A stretch of DNA of 58,554 nt, taken from assembly GCA_963804165.1 (NCBI GenBank), contig CAWDPO010000007.1, positions 1-58,554 on the forward strand, written 5' to 3'. Shown here in pieces: positions 57,679-58,554 of the stretch; the first letter of the stretch is position 1, and each line of letters starts with the position of its first letter. The position numbers and the translations under genes are program-made. The DNA comes from an uncultured delta proteobacterium (GTDB lineage: Bacteria; Desulfobacterota; Binatia; UBA9968). The notes beneath the pieces were generated by a model. That model searched no databases. It saw only the letters and a list, made by a program, of their open reading frames with translations, and was not told the origin of the DNA.

Positions 57679-58554
57679 ATGGCGGAAGCGATTGCGGATG
57701 TGTGCATTGTCGGCGTGGGCGGTTTGGGCGGGATCATGGCGAAAGAGTTGGCCTCGGCCGGATTGAAGGTCGTGGGCTTTGAACGCGGGCCGGCGCCCAA
57801 ACATGAAGACTACGCGCCACGCGATTCGATCCGCTTCCTCATACGCCCGGAACAACTGGAGTGGGTGCGTCACGAACCGACGGCGGCGAGAAACAAAGCC
57901 GGTGAAACGACCCGCGTGCAATATCGCACGAGCCCGCTTAACGTGCTCGGCGGTTCCTTATTGCATTGGACCGGCCAATCGTCGCGCTATATGCCCGATG
58001 ACTTCAAGCTCTTTACCAATGAAATCGAAAGCGGTAACGCCGATCGCGCTGACGCCGATCTTGCCGGCTATGACATTAAAGATTGGCCGCTTAGCTACGA
58101 CGATCTGGAACCGTACTACGAGCGCTTCGAATGGGAATTCGGCGTCTCGGGAGAAGCCGGCGCCAATCCTTTCGCCGGGCCGCGCCAGCGCGGCTTTCCG
58201 CTGCCACCGCTGCGCCATAGCGCGCGCATGAAATTGTTCACCGAGGCTTGCCTAAAATTGGGCTATCATCCTTACGATACGTCGGCCGGGATACTTTCCC
58301 GGCCGTATCGCCCGCCAGCGCCGTTCGACACGCGTATACCCGAACGGCCAGCCTGCGTGTACTGCGCGCACTGTAATTTCTACGGGTGCCATGTGCATGC
58401 CAAGTCGGCAAGTTTGTACACCGTGATCCCGGTCGCGCTGGAGACGGGAAATTTCGATCTCCGAACGCGCTCGAAGGTTTATCGAATCAACTCGGACGCG
58501 AGCGGGCGCGCCACCGGAGTGAGTTACTTCGACCCCGACGGCCGGGCGCGCGAG
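57679..58554 (+). CDS. GMC family oxidoreductase (gluconate 2-dehydrogenase flavoprotein-like), runs off window end
   Basis: DVCIVGVGGLGG; FERG; LGGSLLHW; DWPLSYDDLEPYY; CVYCAHCNFYGC. Confidence 0.9.
   Translation, partial: MAEAIADVCIVGVGGLGGIMAKELASAGLKVVGFERGPAPKHEDYAPRDSIRFLIRPEQLEWVRHEPTAARNKAGETTRVQYRTSPLNVLGGSLLHWTGQSSRYMPDDFKLFTNEIESGNADRADADLAGYDIKDWPLSYDDLEPYYERFEWEFGVSGEAGANPFAGPRQRGFPLPPLRHSARMKLFTEACLKLGYHPYDTSAGILSRPYRPPAPFDTRIPERPACVYCAHCNFYGCHVHAKSASLYTVIPVALETGNFDLRTRSKVYRINSDASGRATGVSYFDPDGRARE

Overview
A 58.5 kb, GC-rich bacterial chromosomal segment. Many single-base indels break otherwise normal genes, so it looks like unpolished long-read sequence; split ORFs were rejoined by eye and their boundaries are approximate. 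The gene style (many orphan NMT1/TauA-type, PF04392-type and TctC-type binding proteins, short tandem and REP-like repeats) suggests a soil Candidatus Binatia-like organism, which is an inference. No rRNA, tRNA, CRISPR array, integrase or transposase was recognised. The best candidate for an undescribed system is the co-oriented cluster at 2.1-12.5 kb: three heme-oxygenase-like diiron (CADD/PqqC/TenA-fold) proteins, two of them a tandem paralog pair, an orphan His-tailed EutA-family ATPase with no eutBC, a bicupin, a DapA-family aldolase, a dihydroxyphthalate-decarboxylase-like protein, an FAD oxidase and two binding proteins. The second is an array of five orphan PF04392-type binding-protein genes at 15.1-20.5 kb showing mosaic identity, unrelated leaders on similar cores, a leftover gene 3' end and heptamer repeats. 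Other oddities are an in-frame GMC-oxidoreductase/glycogen-debranching-enzyme deletion chimera, a Zn-ribbon adenylate cyclase with a MerT-like membrane tail, and four sigma-54-type promoters. The rest is ordinary accessory and housekeeping content.
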